DNA of 64,000 nucleotides from Acidimicrobiia bacterium (GCA_028284765.1 JANQRA010000003.1:144500-208499), one strand, 5' to 3'. Counted from the stretch's first letter, positions 11,759-21,198 are shown. Made by a program: numbers and translations. The notes: generated by a model from the sequence alone, not told the origin.

Positions 11759-12331
11759 ATGGCACGTCAAAACAGACCAGGCTCCGAGCAGAGCCAGTAC
11801 GACGAGCGCGTCATCCAGATCAACCGTGTAGCCAAGGTGGTCAAGGGTGGCCGCCGCTTCAGCTTCACTGCGCTGGTTGTCGTCGGAGACGGCAAGGGCA
11901 AGGTTGGAGTTGGTTACGGGAAGGCCAAGGAAGTGCCTGCTGCCATTCAAAAAGGAATCGAGCAGGCCCGGCGCTCCATGGAGGTCGTGCCAATGGCCGG
12001 CCAGACCATCATCCATCAGATCACCGGCACTCACGACGCTGCAAGCGTCTTGATCAAGCCGGCAGCTCCCGGTACCGGTGTCATTGCCGGTGGCGCGGTG
12101 CGTCAGATCCTCGAAGCCGCAGGCATCAAGGACGCTTTGGCCAAATCGTTGGGGTCTCCGACCCACCTCAACGTGGCCAAGGCAACGATGAATGGGCTCA
12201 TGGGCCAGCGTCGTCCTGACGAAGTCGCCAGGCTTCGTGGGAAGAAAGCCGAGGACATCACTCCTCCTGGCCTGCTCGCCGCCTACAACACGACGGAGAA
12301 CCTGCGGGCCACTCCGAGTGAGAGCAAGTGA
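11759..12331 (+). CDS. rpsE: 30S ribosomal protein S5
   Basis: [36 protein letters not shown]. Confidence 0.98.
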   Translation: MARQNRPGSEQSQYDERVIQINRVAKVVKGGRRFSFTALVVVGDGKGKVGVGYGKAKEVPAAIQKGIEQARRSMEVVPMAGQTIIHQITGTHDAASVLIKPAAPGTGVIAGGAVRQILEAAGIKDALAKSLGSPTHLNVAKATMNGLMGQRRPDEVARLRGKKAEDITPPGLLAAYNTTENLRATPSESK

Positions 12332-12531
12332 CCATGGCCAAGACGAAATCCCAGACCGTGAAAGTGACTCTCCGTCGCAGTGTCATCGGCGAAAAGCCGA
12401 AGACCAGGGCGACGGTTGAGGGGCTCGGTCTGCGCAAGATCAATCAGACAGTCGAACACACCGACTCCGAATCGCTTCGAGGCATGCTGGCAAGGGTCAG
12501 ACACCTCGTAGAGGTAGAGGACAACTCATGA
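12328..12531 (+). CDS. rpmD: 50S ribosomal protein L30
   Basis: [26 protein letters not shown]; start GTG 12328 or ATG 12334. Confidence 0.94.
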   Translation: MTMAKTKSQTVKVTLRRSVIGEKPKTRATVEGLGLRKINQTVEHTDSESLRGMLARVRHLVEVEDNS

Positions 12532-12983
12532 GTGACAAGAAAGAACAGCTGAAGCTGCACCACCTGTCGCCCGCCCCCGGATCGAAGAAGAAGAAGATCC
12601 GTGTGGGACGTGGTGAGGGTGGTCGTCGTGGCAAGACAGCCGGTCGTGGCACCAAGGGTCTCAAGGCCCGCAACACGCTTCGTCCGGGGTTCGAGGGTGG
12701 TCAGACGCCACTCGCGATGCGGCTCCCGAAGCTCAAAGGCTTCAACAATCCCAACAAAGAGACCTTCGCCATCATCAATGTCGAGACCTTGAATACCTTC
12801 CGGGCCGGGTCCGAAGTGACCCCTGAGAAACTGCGTGAGCAGGGTCTCATCAGGCATCGGGGGCGTGTGAAGGTTCTCGCCGAGGGTGATCTCGAGAAGA
12901 AGCTCACGGTCAAGGCGCATGCATTTAGCGCGTCGGCCCGTGAGAAGATAGAGGCTGCCGGCGGGACCGCCGAAGTCATCTAG
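12528..12983 (+). CDS. rplO: 50S ribosomal protein L15
   Basis: [31 protein letters not shown]. Confidence 0.97.
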   Translation: MSDKKEQLKLHHLSPAPGSKKKKIRVGRGEGGRRGKTAGRGTKGLKARNTLRPGFEGGQTPLAMRLPKLKGFNNPNKETFAIINVETLNTFRAGSEVTPEKLREQGLIRHRGRVKVLAEGDLEKKLTVKAHAFSASAREKIEAAGGTAEVI

Positions 12984-13006
12984 CTCAACACGACCAGAAA
13001 CTTCTG

Positions 13007-14320
13007 ATGCTTTCCATCTATCGCAACATGTTCAAGATCCCGGACCTCCGGGGGAAGATCCTCTTCACCCTGGCCATGTTCGGGGTCTACCGACTCGGTG
13101 CCACCATTCCGGTGCCCGGAATCGACCTCGACGCCGTCGAGCTGTTCCAGGCACAGCAAACGGCCGGTGGCATCTACGGCTTGCTCAACCTGTTCTCAGG
13201 TGGGGCCTTGGAAGGTTTCTCGGTGTTCGCACTGGGGATCATTCCCTACATCACCGCCTCCATCATCATGCAGCTGTTGACTGTGGTCATTCCACGTCTT
13301 CAGGCTTTGCAGGAGGAGGGTGAATCGGGACGCAAGGTGATCACTCAGTGGACCAGATACATGACGGTCATCCTGGCGTTGATCCAGTCGACCGGTTTCA
13401 CGTTCCTCTTCCATTCAGGACAGTTCACCGGTGGGATCGACCTCATCCCCAATTACACGCCCGGTCGCGTGATCCTGATCGTTCTGACGATGACCGCCGG
13501 TACCGCCATGGTCATGTGGCTCGGTGAGCTCATCACCCAGCGAGGTGTCGGGAACGGAATGTCACTGATCATCTTCATCTCGATCATCAGCCAGTTCCCG
13601 TTCGTGTTCGGTCAGATCTACGGCCAGACCTGGGCGACCGGTTTCGCCATCAGGTTCATCATCATGATGGCTGTGTTCCTCCTGATGGTCGTTGCGATCA
13701 TCTACGTGGACCAGGGTCAGCGGAGGATCCCGATCCAGTTCGCCAAACGTGTCCGTGGCCGTCGAGTGATGGGTGGTCAGTCCACCTACATCCCTCTGAA
13801 GGTCAACACGGCAGGTGTCATCCCGGTGATCTTCGCCACTTCCGTTCTGCTGATTCCGTCGCTACTCGTCACGGCCATTCCGTCTGACGCCGACTGGATT
13901 CAGATCGCCCGGCGTTGGATTGACGAGAATCTCGGTGGAGGTGGCCACTCCGTCAGCTGGTGGTACATCGGCATCCTGTTCGCACTGATCGTGTTCTTCA
14001 CTTACTTCTACACGGCCATCCAGTTCGATCCCGATCAGCAGTCTGAGATGATTCAGCGTCAGGGTGGGTTCATCCCTGGCGTCCGTCCCGGACGTCAGAC
14101 TGCAGCACATCTGCGCCACATCCTCAACCGGATCACCCTGCCCGGATCGATATTCCTGGCCACGATCTCTGTGTTGCCGGCGATTGCCGGAGCCATATGG
14201 AATCTCCAGATCGCATTCTCTGGAGTCTCGATTCTGATCGTGGTTGGCGTGGGCCTGGAGACGATGAAGCAGATCGAATCCCAGCTCACGATGCGTAACT
14301 ACGAAGGAATACTGACCTAG
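13007..14320 (+). CDS. secY: Preprotein translocase subunit SecY
   Basis: SVFALGIIPYITASII, WLGELIT, GNGMSL, KVNTAGVIPVIFA, GGFIPGVRPG. Confidence 0.98.
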   Translation: MLSIYRNMFKIPDLRGKILFTLAMFGVYRLGATIPVPGIDLDAVELFQAQQTAGGIYGLLNLFSGGALEGFSVFALGIIPYITASIIMQLLTVVIPRLQALQEEGESGRKVITQWTRYMTVILALIQSTGFTFLFHSGQFTGGIDLIPNYTPGRVILIVLTMTAGTAMVMWLGELITQRGVGNGMSLIIFISIISQFPFVFGQIYGQTWATGFAIRFIIMMAVFLLMVVAIIYVDQGQRRIPIQFAKRVRGRRVMGGQSTYIPLKVNTAGVIPVIFATSVLLIPSLLVTAIPSDADWIQIARRWIDENLGGGGHSVSWWYIGILFALIVFFTYFYTAIQFDPDQQSEMIQRQGGFIPGVRPGRQTAAHLRHILNRITLPGSIFLATISVLPAIAGAIWNLQIAFSGVSILIVVGVGLETMKQIESQLTMRNYEGILT

Positions 14321-14862
14321 TGCGTCTTTTGTTCATCGGCCCTCCGGGGGCAGGCAAAGGCACACAGGCCGGCAAGGTCGCCGCACGACTTGGCATTCCT
14401 CACGTGTCGACCGGTGAGATGTTTCGGGACCACGTTGCCAGAGACACGGATCTCGGCAAGCAGGTGAAGGCAATCATGGAGGCCGGCGATTACGTGCCGG
14501 ACGAAGTCACTGTCGCCATGCTCTCAGAGCGGATCTCTCAGCCCGACGCCGAGGGCGGATACATCCTCGACGGGTTCCCCCGCACCGAGGCCCAGGTTGC
14601 GGCCCTCGACGATCTCCTGGGTGATCAAGGGCTGGACAGGGTTGTCGTGTTCGATGTCGATGAAGATGAGCTCGTCGATCGTCTCCTCGCTAGGGGACGC
14701 GCCGACGACACCGAGGAGACGATCCGCGCACGCTTCGGTATCTACCAGGAGCAAACCCAACCCCTCTTGGACATTTACGGCGAGCGAGGCTTGAACGTCT
14801 TCGTCAATGGTCTTGGTGAAGTTGAAGAGGTCAGCGACCGAATACTCTTGGTCTTGACATGA
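14320..14862 (+). CDS. adk: Adenylate kinase (short form)
   Basis: GPPGAGKGTQA, ILDGFPRT, RGRADD. Confidence 0.96.
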   Translation: MRLLFIGPPGAGKGTQAGKVAARLGIPHVSTGEMFRDHVARDTDLGKQVKAIMEAGDYVPDEVTVAMLSERISQPDAEGGYILDGFPRTEAQVAALDDLLGDQGLDRVVVFDVDEDELVDRLLARGRADDTEETIRARFGIYQEQTQPLLDIYGERGLNVFVNGLGEVEEVSDRILLVLT

Positions 14863-15647
14863 TCAGCATCAAGAGCCGCCGCGAGTTCGCCAAGATGCAG
14901 AAGGCGGGGGCGTGTGTTGCGGATGTCCATCGTCGGGTCCGTGAGGCAGCGGCGCCTGGTGTCTCTCTCCTGGAACTGGAAGAGATTGGTGCCTCCACTA
15001 TCGCCGAGCACGGCTGCACGTCGTCCTTCCTCAACTATTTGGGCACCTATCCGGCGACACTCTGTCTCTCACCCAACGATGTGATCGTCCACGGAATCCC
15101 CAATGAGTACCGGCTCCAGGAAGGCGACATCCTGTCGGTGGATGCGGGTGCGATCTTCGAAGGCTTTCATGGCGACGCTGCGTTCACCATGCCCATTGGA
15201 GAGGTGTCCGCTGAGGCGCAGCACCTCATCGACACCACTGAGGCCGGCATGTGGGCCGGTATCCGCGAGGTTCGCAAAGGAAATCGGCTCGGCGACATCG
15301 GCGCTGCCGTCGCCGCCATCGGTGATGCCCACGGGTATGGGGTTGTCGAGGAGTATGTCGGTCACGGCATCGGCAGGGAGATGCATGAAGAGCCGCAGGT
15401 CCCCAACTATGGAGAGCCGGGCAAAGGTCTCAAGCTGAAGACCGGGATGGCGCTCTGCATCGAGCCGATGTTCAACATCGGACAGCGTTTTACCAAGGTG
15501 GACGCTGACGGCTGGACGGTTCGGACCAACGACGGTTCACTCTCTGCCCACTGGGAACACATGGTGGCCATTACGCCCGACGGACCGATGGTGTTCACAG
15601 CAGCTCAGGATCCAGTGCCCGTCGACGAGGTTCACGCGACGCAATGA
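14859..15647 (+). CDS. map: Methionine aminopeptidase type I
   Basis: VHGIP, SVDAG, GHGIGREMHEEP, IEPM, SAHWEH. Confidence 0.96.
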   Translation: MISIKSRREFAKMQKAGACVADVHRRVREAAAPGVSLLELEEIGASTIAEHGCTSSFLNYLGTYPATLCLSPNDVIVHGIPNEYRLQEGDILSVDAGAIFEGFHGDAAFTMPIGEVSAEAQHLIDTTEAGMWAGIREVRKGNRLGDIGAAVAAIGDAHGYGVVEEYVGHGIGREMHEEPQVPNYGEPGKGLKLKTGMALCIEPMFNIGQRFTKVDADGWTVRTNDGSLSAHWEHMVAITPDGPMVFTAAQDPVPVDEVHATQ

Positions 15648-16003
15648 GCTCTGGGTCTCTCTACGAGATCCGTGACTACCACTATCGACGCGACCTCATG
15701 GATGAGTACCGCTCCTGGACGGTCAAGGCACTCAAAGTGCTGGAACCGAAGATGGACCTGGTCGGCTGGTGGCTCGATTCAGGTGAGGAGCCCAGAGTGA
15801 TGGGTTCAGATCCGATGGAGATGCCCCACGGTTCGGCCAACGTCACGTGGATCATCCGTTGGGACAGCCTCGACCAACGTGAGAAGCGATGGGACGCGCT
15901 CTGGACCGAGCAAGACTGGCTCGACGTCTGGGAAGAGCACCCCGGGTTCGAGGGCTACCACCAGTTGCTGGTTCGCTTCATGGAGAAGATCGAACCGGTC
16001 TAG
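15644..16003 (+). CDS. NIPSNAP-like dimeric alpha/beta barrel protein
   Basis: LYEIRDY N-terminus, VGWW, WIIRWDS...R...W pattern; ATGA overlap with map. Confidence 0.6.
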   Translation: MSSGSLYEIRDYHYRRDLMDEYRSWTVKALKVLEPKMDLVGWWLDSGEEPRVMGSDPMEMPHGSANVTWIIRWDSLDQREKRWDALWTEQDWLDVWEEHPGFEGYHQLLVRFMEKIEPV

Positions 16004-17202
16004 GCAGGAAGGGCACTCTCGGGATCGTCGAGGTGCATCCACCGATAGGCCGCGGTGAACCATGTGCCGGCCAAAACAACCAGCAATGCCAAAAGCATCA
16101 GCCACGGTGCCGGTTGCCACCAACCGATGAAGAGAACTAGCGCTGCCGCGGCAGTCAGAGTCCCGGCGATCGGGCCGTACAGCTCTGGTACACGTTCGTA
16201 ATCCTGCAGGGTGCGGGCGACCAGTACGAGCCAGAGCAGACCGGCGGCGATTGCTCCACTCATCAACCAGGCCGTGCCGGCAGGCACGTGATCGTCCGTG
16301 GCGTGTTCGACCATGCTCACCATGGCCGCTCCGGCTGCAGCGATCGCAAGCGTGACTGGGAGGTGGCCAAAGATCCAGCGTGTTCGGTCGAGCGAGTTGG
16401 CTCTTGGGTGGCGCCGCCCGACGAAGTCAAAGTACGACCACCAGAAGGCGAAGCCGATCATCAAACCGAGCATCCCGGTCACCACGACGATTGGTGTCAG
16501 GTCGGTAGAGCCCAGACCGTCGACCACCCCAACCACAACCTCGCCGAGCACGATGATCGTGAACAGTCCGAACCTCTCGACGAGGCTGTCCGTGGTGTCG
16601 AAGTCGATGCCCGAGATTGTCTCTTCACGCCGAACGATCACCATTCCGGAGACGATGTACAGCAGGACGAAACCGCCCCACACCCAGACCCGGGCTCCCT
16701 GAGGAACCCAGATAGTGCCAAACATGACAGCCGTGAACACAACGGAGGCACCGATGTATTGGGCGGTGATCCGGTTGTACTCGTCTGAGTCCTGCCTCCG
16801 AACGCCGTACCAGAGCAGAGTCAGCAACCCCATGAAGATGCCGTAGACCAGAGCGAATTCCTCACCGGTCTCCGTCGGTGCGCCCTCGGTGTAGACAGCC
16901 AGCCAAGCGAGCAGGAGCATCTGGGCAAAGACCATGGTTCGAGTTCGCCCGTCTTCGCGTCCATGTAGGTCGTAGTAGAGCGTGCCGTTCAGCCACCCGA
17001 GCCAGATGAGCCCAAAGATCGCTGCGAAGTCGACGACACCTTGCCAGCTGATGTTGTGGGCCAAGCCGTGCGCCGCCTGGGCAACCACGACCACATATAC
17101 GAGGTCGTAGAACAGCTCGAGGAAACTGACCGACCGGTCTTCGATTACTTCGCCATGTGCCCTGGGTGGTAACCAGAATCGCCTTCGGAACTCACTCGGC
17201 AT
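16000..17202 (-). CDS. Low temperature requirement protein A (LtrA) family membrane protein
   Basis: SFLELFYDLVYVV, ERFGLFTIIVLGE, WWSYFD, GHLP motifs; many transmembrane segments. Confidence 0.85.
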   Translation of the reverse strand: MPSEFRRRFWLPPRAHGEVIEDRSVSFLELFYDLVYVVVVAQAAHGLAHNISWQGVVDFAAIFGLIWLGWLNGTLYYDLHGREDGRTRTMVFAQMLLLAWLAVYTEGAPTETGEEFALVYGIFMGLLTLLWYGVRRQDSDEYNRITAQYIGASVVFTAVMFGTIWVPQGARVWVWGGFVLLYIVSGMVIVRREETISGIDFDTTDSLVERFGLFTIIVLGEVVVGVVDGLGSTDLTPIVVVTGMLGLMIGFAFWWSYFDFVGRRHPRANSLDRTRWIFGHLPVTLAIAAAGAAMVSMVEHATDDHVPAGTAWLMSGAIAAGLLWLVLVARTLQDYERVPELYGPIAGTLTAAAALVLFIGWWQPAPWLMLLALLVVLAGTWFTAAYRWMHLDDPESALPA

Positions 17203-17220
17203 GGAGCGAGATTGTAAGGC

Positions 17221-17682
17221 CTATTGGTGGGAAGCAACCTGCTCTTCTGCAGCTTTGGCCAGATCATTGACGAGCCCGTTCAGAGCCTTGGGCAGCCCCT
17301 TCTCCAGGCGCTTCGAAACTGTGCCCTTGAGGATTCCACCCTTGGGTTCCGCGGTGGTCTCCATGGTTATCTCGGTCTTGTCGCCATCCAGCGCCTTGAC
17401 GGTGAACGTTGTATGCGAGCTCTTCACCGGCATCCCCTTGGGAACGACATCGAGAGTGATCGACTCACCTTCTTCCCATCCAGTGACGGTCTCAATCGTC
17501 GAGCCGAAGGGGGCCAGTTCGCAGGTGCGAACCGTTCCGAGACCGGTTGCTTGATCTCCTTGGATTTCGCTGGTCTTCACCTGGTCGGTCCAGGAGGCGA
17601 TGTTGCCGAAATCGGCGAGTATGTCCCAGACGACCTCTTTTGGTGCGCTGGCGACGGTGGTTCCCTTGAGTTGGACAGTCAT
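17221..17682 (-). CDS. SRPBCC (polyketide cyclase/dehydrase-like) family protein
   Basis: APKEVVWDILADFGNIASW, GLGTVRTC; start ATG 17682 after AGAAAGGAAG. Confidence 0.8.
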   Translation of the reverse strand: MTVQLKGTTVASAPKEVVWDILADFGNIASWTDQVKTSEIQGDQATGLGTVRTCELAPFGSTIETVTGWEEGESITLDVVPKGMPVKSSHTTFTVKALDGDKTEITMETTAEPKGGILKGTVSKRLEKGLPKALNGLVNDLAKAAEEQVASHQ

Positions 17683-17692
17683 TGATCTTCCT

Positions 17693-17743
17693 TTCTTGAC
17701 TGGTCGGTCTAATATAGACACAACAAGAACGATCAGTCAAGAA
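17693..17743. promoter_or_regulatory. Paired operator-like palindromes between the SRPBCC and TetR genes
   Basis: TTGACTGGTCGGTCTA (17696-17711) and AAGAACGATCAGTCAA (17725-17740); each is semi-palindromic and they are inverted copies of each other. Confidence 0.65.
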
Positions 17744-17760
17744 TGTTCTAGGATCAGCAA

Positions 17761-18348
17761 ATGGCACGCACCAGAGAATTCGACACGGAAGACGCCGTAG
17801 CCCAAATGGCACAGGCGTTTTGGCGTAATGGCTACGACGCAACGGGTGTTGCCGAATTGGTTGACGCCACCGGTGTGGGCCGGGCGAGCCTCTATGGAGC
17901 GTTCGGTTCGAAGCGCGACATGCTGGAGCGCTCGCTTGACTGGTACCTCGACGAGACCATCGAACCCCTGGTCGTATCTCTCGAGTCGGGTCTCGATGCG
18001 ATCGAGCAGCGATTCCTCATGTTCGGGAAAGTCCTAGAGGCCATGCCGGAGCGTGCCCGGCTCGGTTGCATGATGGTCAACGTTGGGAGTGAGGTGGGGA
18101 GTGTCGACGAGCAGTTGGGGGTGAAGGCCGGCTCCTATCGCGATCGCTTTCGACTTGCCTTTGAGCGTGGGCTGACCGCCGCAGTGGAGGCTGGCGATAT
18201 CGAGGGACCTGTCGAAGGCCGTGCTCAACTCTTGACGTTGCTGATGATGGGCATGTTTGTTGCCATACGCAGTGGAGGAACTGTCGAGGAGATCACGGAG
18301 TTGGGAGCTGCAGCCCAGGCTGAAGTGCGATCCTGGAGAGTCAGCTAG
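17761..18348 (+). CDS. TetR/AcrR family regulator (NemR/ComR-like subgroup)
   Basis: MARTREFD, FWRNGYDAT, GVGRASLYGAFGSK HTH, GCMMVN. Confidence 0.9.
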   Translation: MARTREFDTEDAVAQMAQAFWRNGYDATGVAELVDATGVGRASLYGAFGSKRDMLERSLDWYLDETIEPLVVSLESGLDAIEQRFLMFGKVLEAMPERARLGCMMVNVGSEVGSVDEQLGVKAGSYRDRFRLAFERGLTAAVEAGDIEGPVEGRAQLLTLLMMGMFVAIRSGGTVEEITELGAAAQAEVRSWRVS

Positions 18349-18728
18349 CTATCGAGCAGGTAGTCGACGAGAGCGTCGACTTCTTCCATTGTCAGCCGGA
18401 GAGTGGGCATCTCGACCTGCGCTCCAAAGTCGGGGACGATGAACGCTTGCGGGACTAGCAGTGACTGCCGAACATATCCGTCAGCCGAGAGACCGGATAC
18501 GCGCTCTCCCGCCAAAGCAGCGAGATCGGTCAGGTTGGGGCCAACGTTTGTCTGACTCACCTGGCGAGGCCCGGCGTGGCAGCCGACGCAGCCTTTCGTT
18601 CGGAAGATGCTCTCTCCATCGGCAACCGTGAGCTCAGTTGAAGGGGGCTCGTCGTCTGTGAGCACGACCACGGATGCGACAGTCAGGCCGATGGTGAGAA
18701 TCAGCCCGATTGCCAACCTAGGGGTCAC
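18345..18728 (-). CDS. Monoheme c-type cytochrome with N-terminal membrane anchor
   Basis: Hydrophobic N-terminus, GESIF..KGCVGCH (CxxCH), GPNL, distal EMP. Confidence 0.85.
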   Translation of the reverse strand: MTPRLAIGLILTIGLTVASVVVLTDDEPPSTELTVADGESIFRTKGCVGCHAGPRQVSQTNVGPNLTDLAALAGERVSGLSADGYVRQSLLVPQAFIVPDFGAQVEMPTLRLTMEEVDALVDYLLDS

Positions 18729-19222
18729 GCTGTTGCCTGGTGTCCGCTTTCTCTTCTGATGCGGATCAGTTCGGCGACCGTGAACATGGCGGTGAGCACA
18801 GCTGCGATGGGGAGTATGAGCTCGAGTGGCTCGATACCGGTGCCTTGTGGCGCAGCGATCGCCGCATCCGAGACTTCTACGGTGCCCATCTTCTGGATTT
18901 CCCAGCTGTCGCTGTTCACGCCCCAGGTCCAGCTGCCCTCACTCAAAGTCACCTCCACGGAGTACCGGCCCTCGCCCAGATTGGTGGCCTCGAAGCGCTG
19001 TACCTCTCCACCTTTGCCGCGGAACACCGCTTGGGTGTCGCCGGCATCAATCGGTGTTTGCCCGTGTGCGAGATAGGTGTATTCGAGGGTGTAAGTGGTG
19101 TCAGGCTCAAATGTGCCCGGAACAGAGTCCATCGAGATGATTCCCCATCCACCCGCGCTTGCGGCGAGCGGTAGGAGCGTCAAGGCAGCTACTAGGCCGA
19201 TAGCGGTCAGGGTCTTTCTCAT
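18725..19222 (-). CDS. Exported protein with C-terminal membrane anchor (hypothetical)
   Basis: Signal peptide MRKTLTAIGLVAALTLLPLAASA, beta-rich core, C-terminal TM plus RIRR; coupled to both neighbours by 4-nt overlaps. Confidence 0.75.
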   Translation of the reverse strand: MRKTLTAIGLVAALTLLPLAASAGGWGIISMDSVPGTFEPDTTYTLEYTYLAHGQTPIDAGDTQAVFRGKGGEVQRFEATNLGEGRYSVEVTLSEGSWTWGVNSDSWEIQKMGTVEVSDAAIAAPQGTGIEPLELILPIAAVLTAMFTVAELIRIRRESGHQATA

Positions 19223-19794
19223 CTGAGCTCTCCAATCTCTAGAGCAACGTGTCTTGTTCTTGGCTGGTTCCTGAAGATGAGATATGTGATCGAGGCTACG
19301 CCGATGATTGCAAGGAGACCGAAGGGAAGGTTCCATTCGGGTTTCGGCTGGGTGCTGGAGTATGAGAACCCGAGTGCCTCGAGCGTGCCTTCGAGATCTC
19401 CTTCGACCCGGTGCCAGCCGATCGCATCGCCTCCCCACCCGTCGAGACCGGGTTGTTTCGGCGTGTGGATCACCGGGCCATCTTTGGCGCCGAAGTAGAT
19501 GTGTTGTTCGATGCTGTACGGCTCGCCCCAGGTAAGAGTGATCGGTTCTCCCAGGTCGGATGGCTGGTCGATCTTGACTGCGAGGTGCGAGGCGAACCAG
19601 ATGCCGCTCATCTCCATCAGCTTGTTGAGGTTCTCTTGGGCTTCGCTGGTGTATGGCTGTCGGCTGAATAGCTCGATTGGTTCTTCGATCCCAGGGCCCG
19701 AGATGGTCGCTTTCGCCGGTCCCTTCGCAAAGGCCGGTATAGCTAGAAACCATGTCATGGCGACGATCGTTGCAATCAGAGTGATCCGTCTCAT
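19219..19794 (-). CDS. Exported protein with C-terminal membrane anchor (hypothetical)
   Basis: Signal peptide MRRITLIATIVAMTWFLAIPAFA, then KGP...ISGPG, C-terminal TM; start could be GTG 19797 or 19800. Confidence 0.75.
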   Translation of the reverse strand: MRRITLIATIVAMTWFLAIPAFAKGPAKATISGPGIEEPIELFSRQPYTSEAQENLNKLMEMSGIWFASHLAVKIDQPSDLGEPITLTWGEPYSIEQHIYFGAKDGPVIHTPKQPGLDGWGGDAIGWHRVEGDLEGTLEALGFSYSSTQPKPEWNLPFGLLAIIGVASITYLIFRNQPRTRHVALEIGELR

Positions 19795-19803
19795 CACCAC
19801 CAA

Positions 19804-19856
19804 TACACCGCCGATGACTGCAAGGTTCCCGGAACCTTCTCAACCTGGGCGGTGTA
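19804..19856. promoter_or_regulatory. Back-to-back ECF sigma promoters
   Basis: GGAACCTT-N9-GGCGGTGTA on + (19831-19856) and on - (19829-19804), with different N9 spacers. Confidence 0.8.
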
Positions 19857-19874
19857 GTTGTGGGTGAAGTATCG

Positions 19875-20429
19875 GTGGAGGGCCGTCCGCTGAATGAGTC
19901 GGAGCTTGTTGCCAATGCCAAGAACGGAGATCTGGCCTCATATGAGCAGCTGGTCAGAGAGCACCAGACGATCGCCTTTCGCGTCGCCTACGTCGTCGTT
20001 CGGGACCACTCGGAGGCAGAAGACGTGACCCAGGATGCTTTGGTCAAGGCACATCACAATCTCAATCGTTTCAAAGATGGCTCTCCTTTTCGGCCTTGGC
20101 TTCTGAAGATCGTGCGCAACGAAGCCCTGAACCGTCGACGTGGTCTCGGCAGACGGGAGGCGATGACTCTCCGCCATGCGGTGGATCCGTCCTCGGGAGG
20201 TGCGGCCCCATCTCCCGAGACGGCTGTGGTCGATGCCGAAGATCAACGGGCCGTTCTCGAAGCACTCGATCGTCTCCCCGAGAGGTATCGAAGTGTCCTC
20301 GCAGCTCGGTTCTTGCTCGATCTGAGCGAAGAGGAAACGGCAACGATGCTCGGGGTGGCAAAGGGGACCGTGAAGTCACGCACCTCCCGTGGCCTGGAGA
20401 AGATGCGATCGATGTTGGGAGAGTCATGA
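19875..20429 (+). CDS. ECF (group 4) RNA polymerase sigma factor
   Basis: AEDVTQDA, FRPWLLKIVRN, ALDRLPE, GTVKSRTSRG; start GTG 19875 (19860 also possible). Confidence 0.92.
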   Translation: MEGRPLNESELVANAKNGDLASYEQLVREHQTIAFRVAYVVVRDHSEAEDVTQDALVKAHHNLNRFKDGSPFRPWLLKIVRNEALNRRRGLGRREAMTLRHAVDPSSGGAAPSPETAVVDAEDQRAVLEALDRLPERYRSVLAARFLLDLSEEETATMLGVAKGTVKSRTSRGLEKMRSMLGES

Positions 20430-21097
20430 TCGACATCGAGCGCGCACTCAGGACGACAGAACTGGAATGGCCGGAAGCGGATGTCGCGGATCGTGTCATG
20501 CGCCGGGTTCGTGAACCTCGGTCGATGGATTTGCGCTGGCTGCGACCTGCCCTGGCCGTAGCTGTTGCGATGATCTTGCTTGTGGCGACTCCGCCCGGTC
20601 GTCAGGTTGTCGCCAACGTCCTGGAAGTCGCTGGCATCGAGATCGGTTGGGGAGATGTGGCGGCTGGCGTTGACTTGGAACTAGGTGAGGAAGTGGGGCT
20701 AGCCGATGTCGAGGGTCTGATTCCGGCGGACGCACCTGATGCCGTCTATGAGATGGACGGATATGTTCACATTGTTTGGTTCGGGGGTGGTGATCTTCCG
20801 GCGGCGGGAGACTTCGGCGTCGCCGTTCTCTACACCCAGAGCCAGGGGACCATTTTCACCAATGCGCTGAAGACTCTCGGCCCCGACACGGACATCCAGC
20901 CGGTGTGGGTGAGAGGTGTCGAAGGTGTGTGGATCGAAGGTGCTGAGCACAACGTCGAACTGGCAGGTCAGGAGGTTCGCCTGGCAGCAAACGTCCTGCT
21001 TTGGCAGGAGGGTTCTACCGCACATCGAATAGAGACCACGGGCGCCTTAGAAGAGGCTTTGGAGTTGGCCGAATCCCTCAGCCAACCAGCCCCGTAG
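20426..21097 (+). CDS. Putative single-pass membrane anti-sigma factor
   Basis: ATGA-coupled to the sigma gene; short cytoplasmic N-terminus, TM (ALAVAVAMILLVA), acidic extracytoplasmic domain. Confidence 0.7.
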   Translation: MIDIERALRTTELEWPEADVADRVMRRVREPRSMDLRWLRPALAVAVAMILLVATPPGRQVVANVLEVAGIEIGWGDVAAGVDLELGEEVGLADVEGLIPADAPDAVYEMDGYVHIVWFGGGDLPAAGDFGVAVLYTQSQGTIFTNALKTLGPDTDIQPVWVRGVEGVWIEGAEHNVELAGQEVRLAANVLLWQEGSTAHRIETTGALEEALELAESLSQPAP

Positions 21098-21103
21098 AAC
21101 CCC

Positions 21104-21150
21104 TCGAACCTGCATGGCGTTGCGCCTGGCGCGACGCTGTGCAGGCTCGA
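21104..21150 (+). terminator. Long GC-rich hairpin after the anti-sigma gene (possible U-tract-less terminator)
   Basis: 22-position stem (1 mismatch, 3 G-U pairs) with a 3-nt loop, 6 nt after the stop codon. Confidence 0.5.
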
Positions 21151-21170
21151 CGAATGAGGCTCGATCAGAT

Positions 21171-21198
21171 TTGCCCACCACCGAGGCACAAGTACAAT
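21171..21198 (+). promoter_or_regulatory. Housekeeping-sigma promoter candidate for the rpmJ-rplQ operon
   Basis: TTGCCC-16 nt-TACAAT, about 150 nt upstream of rpmJ. Confidence 0.6.

Noticed and set aside
18725..19921. 398-aa ORF overlapping the 19219-19794 gene, suggesting dual coding or a frameshift
   Set aside because: The upstream part is Arg/Pro-rich off-frame sequence; a clean signal peptide starts at 19222 with ATGA coupling.
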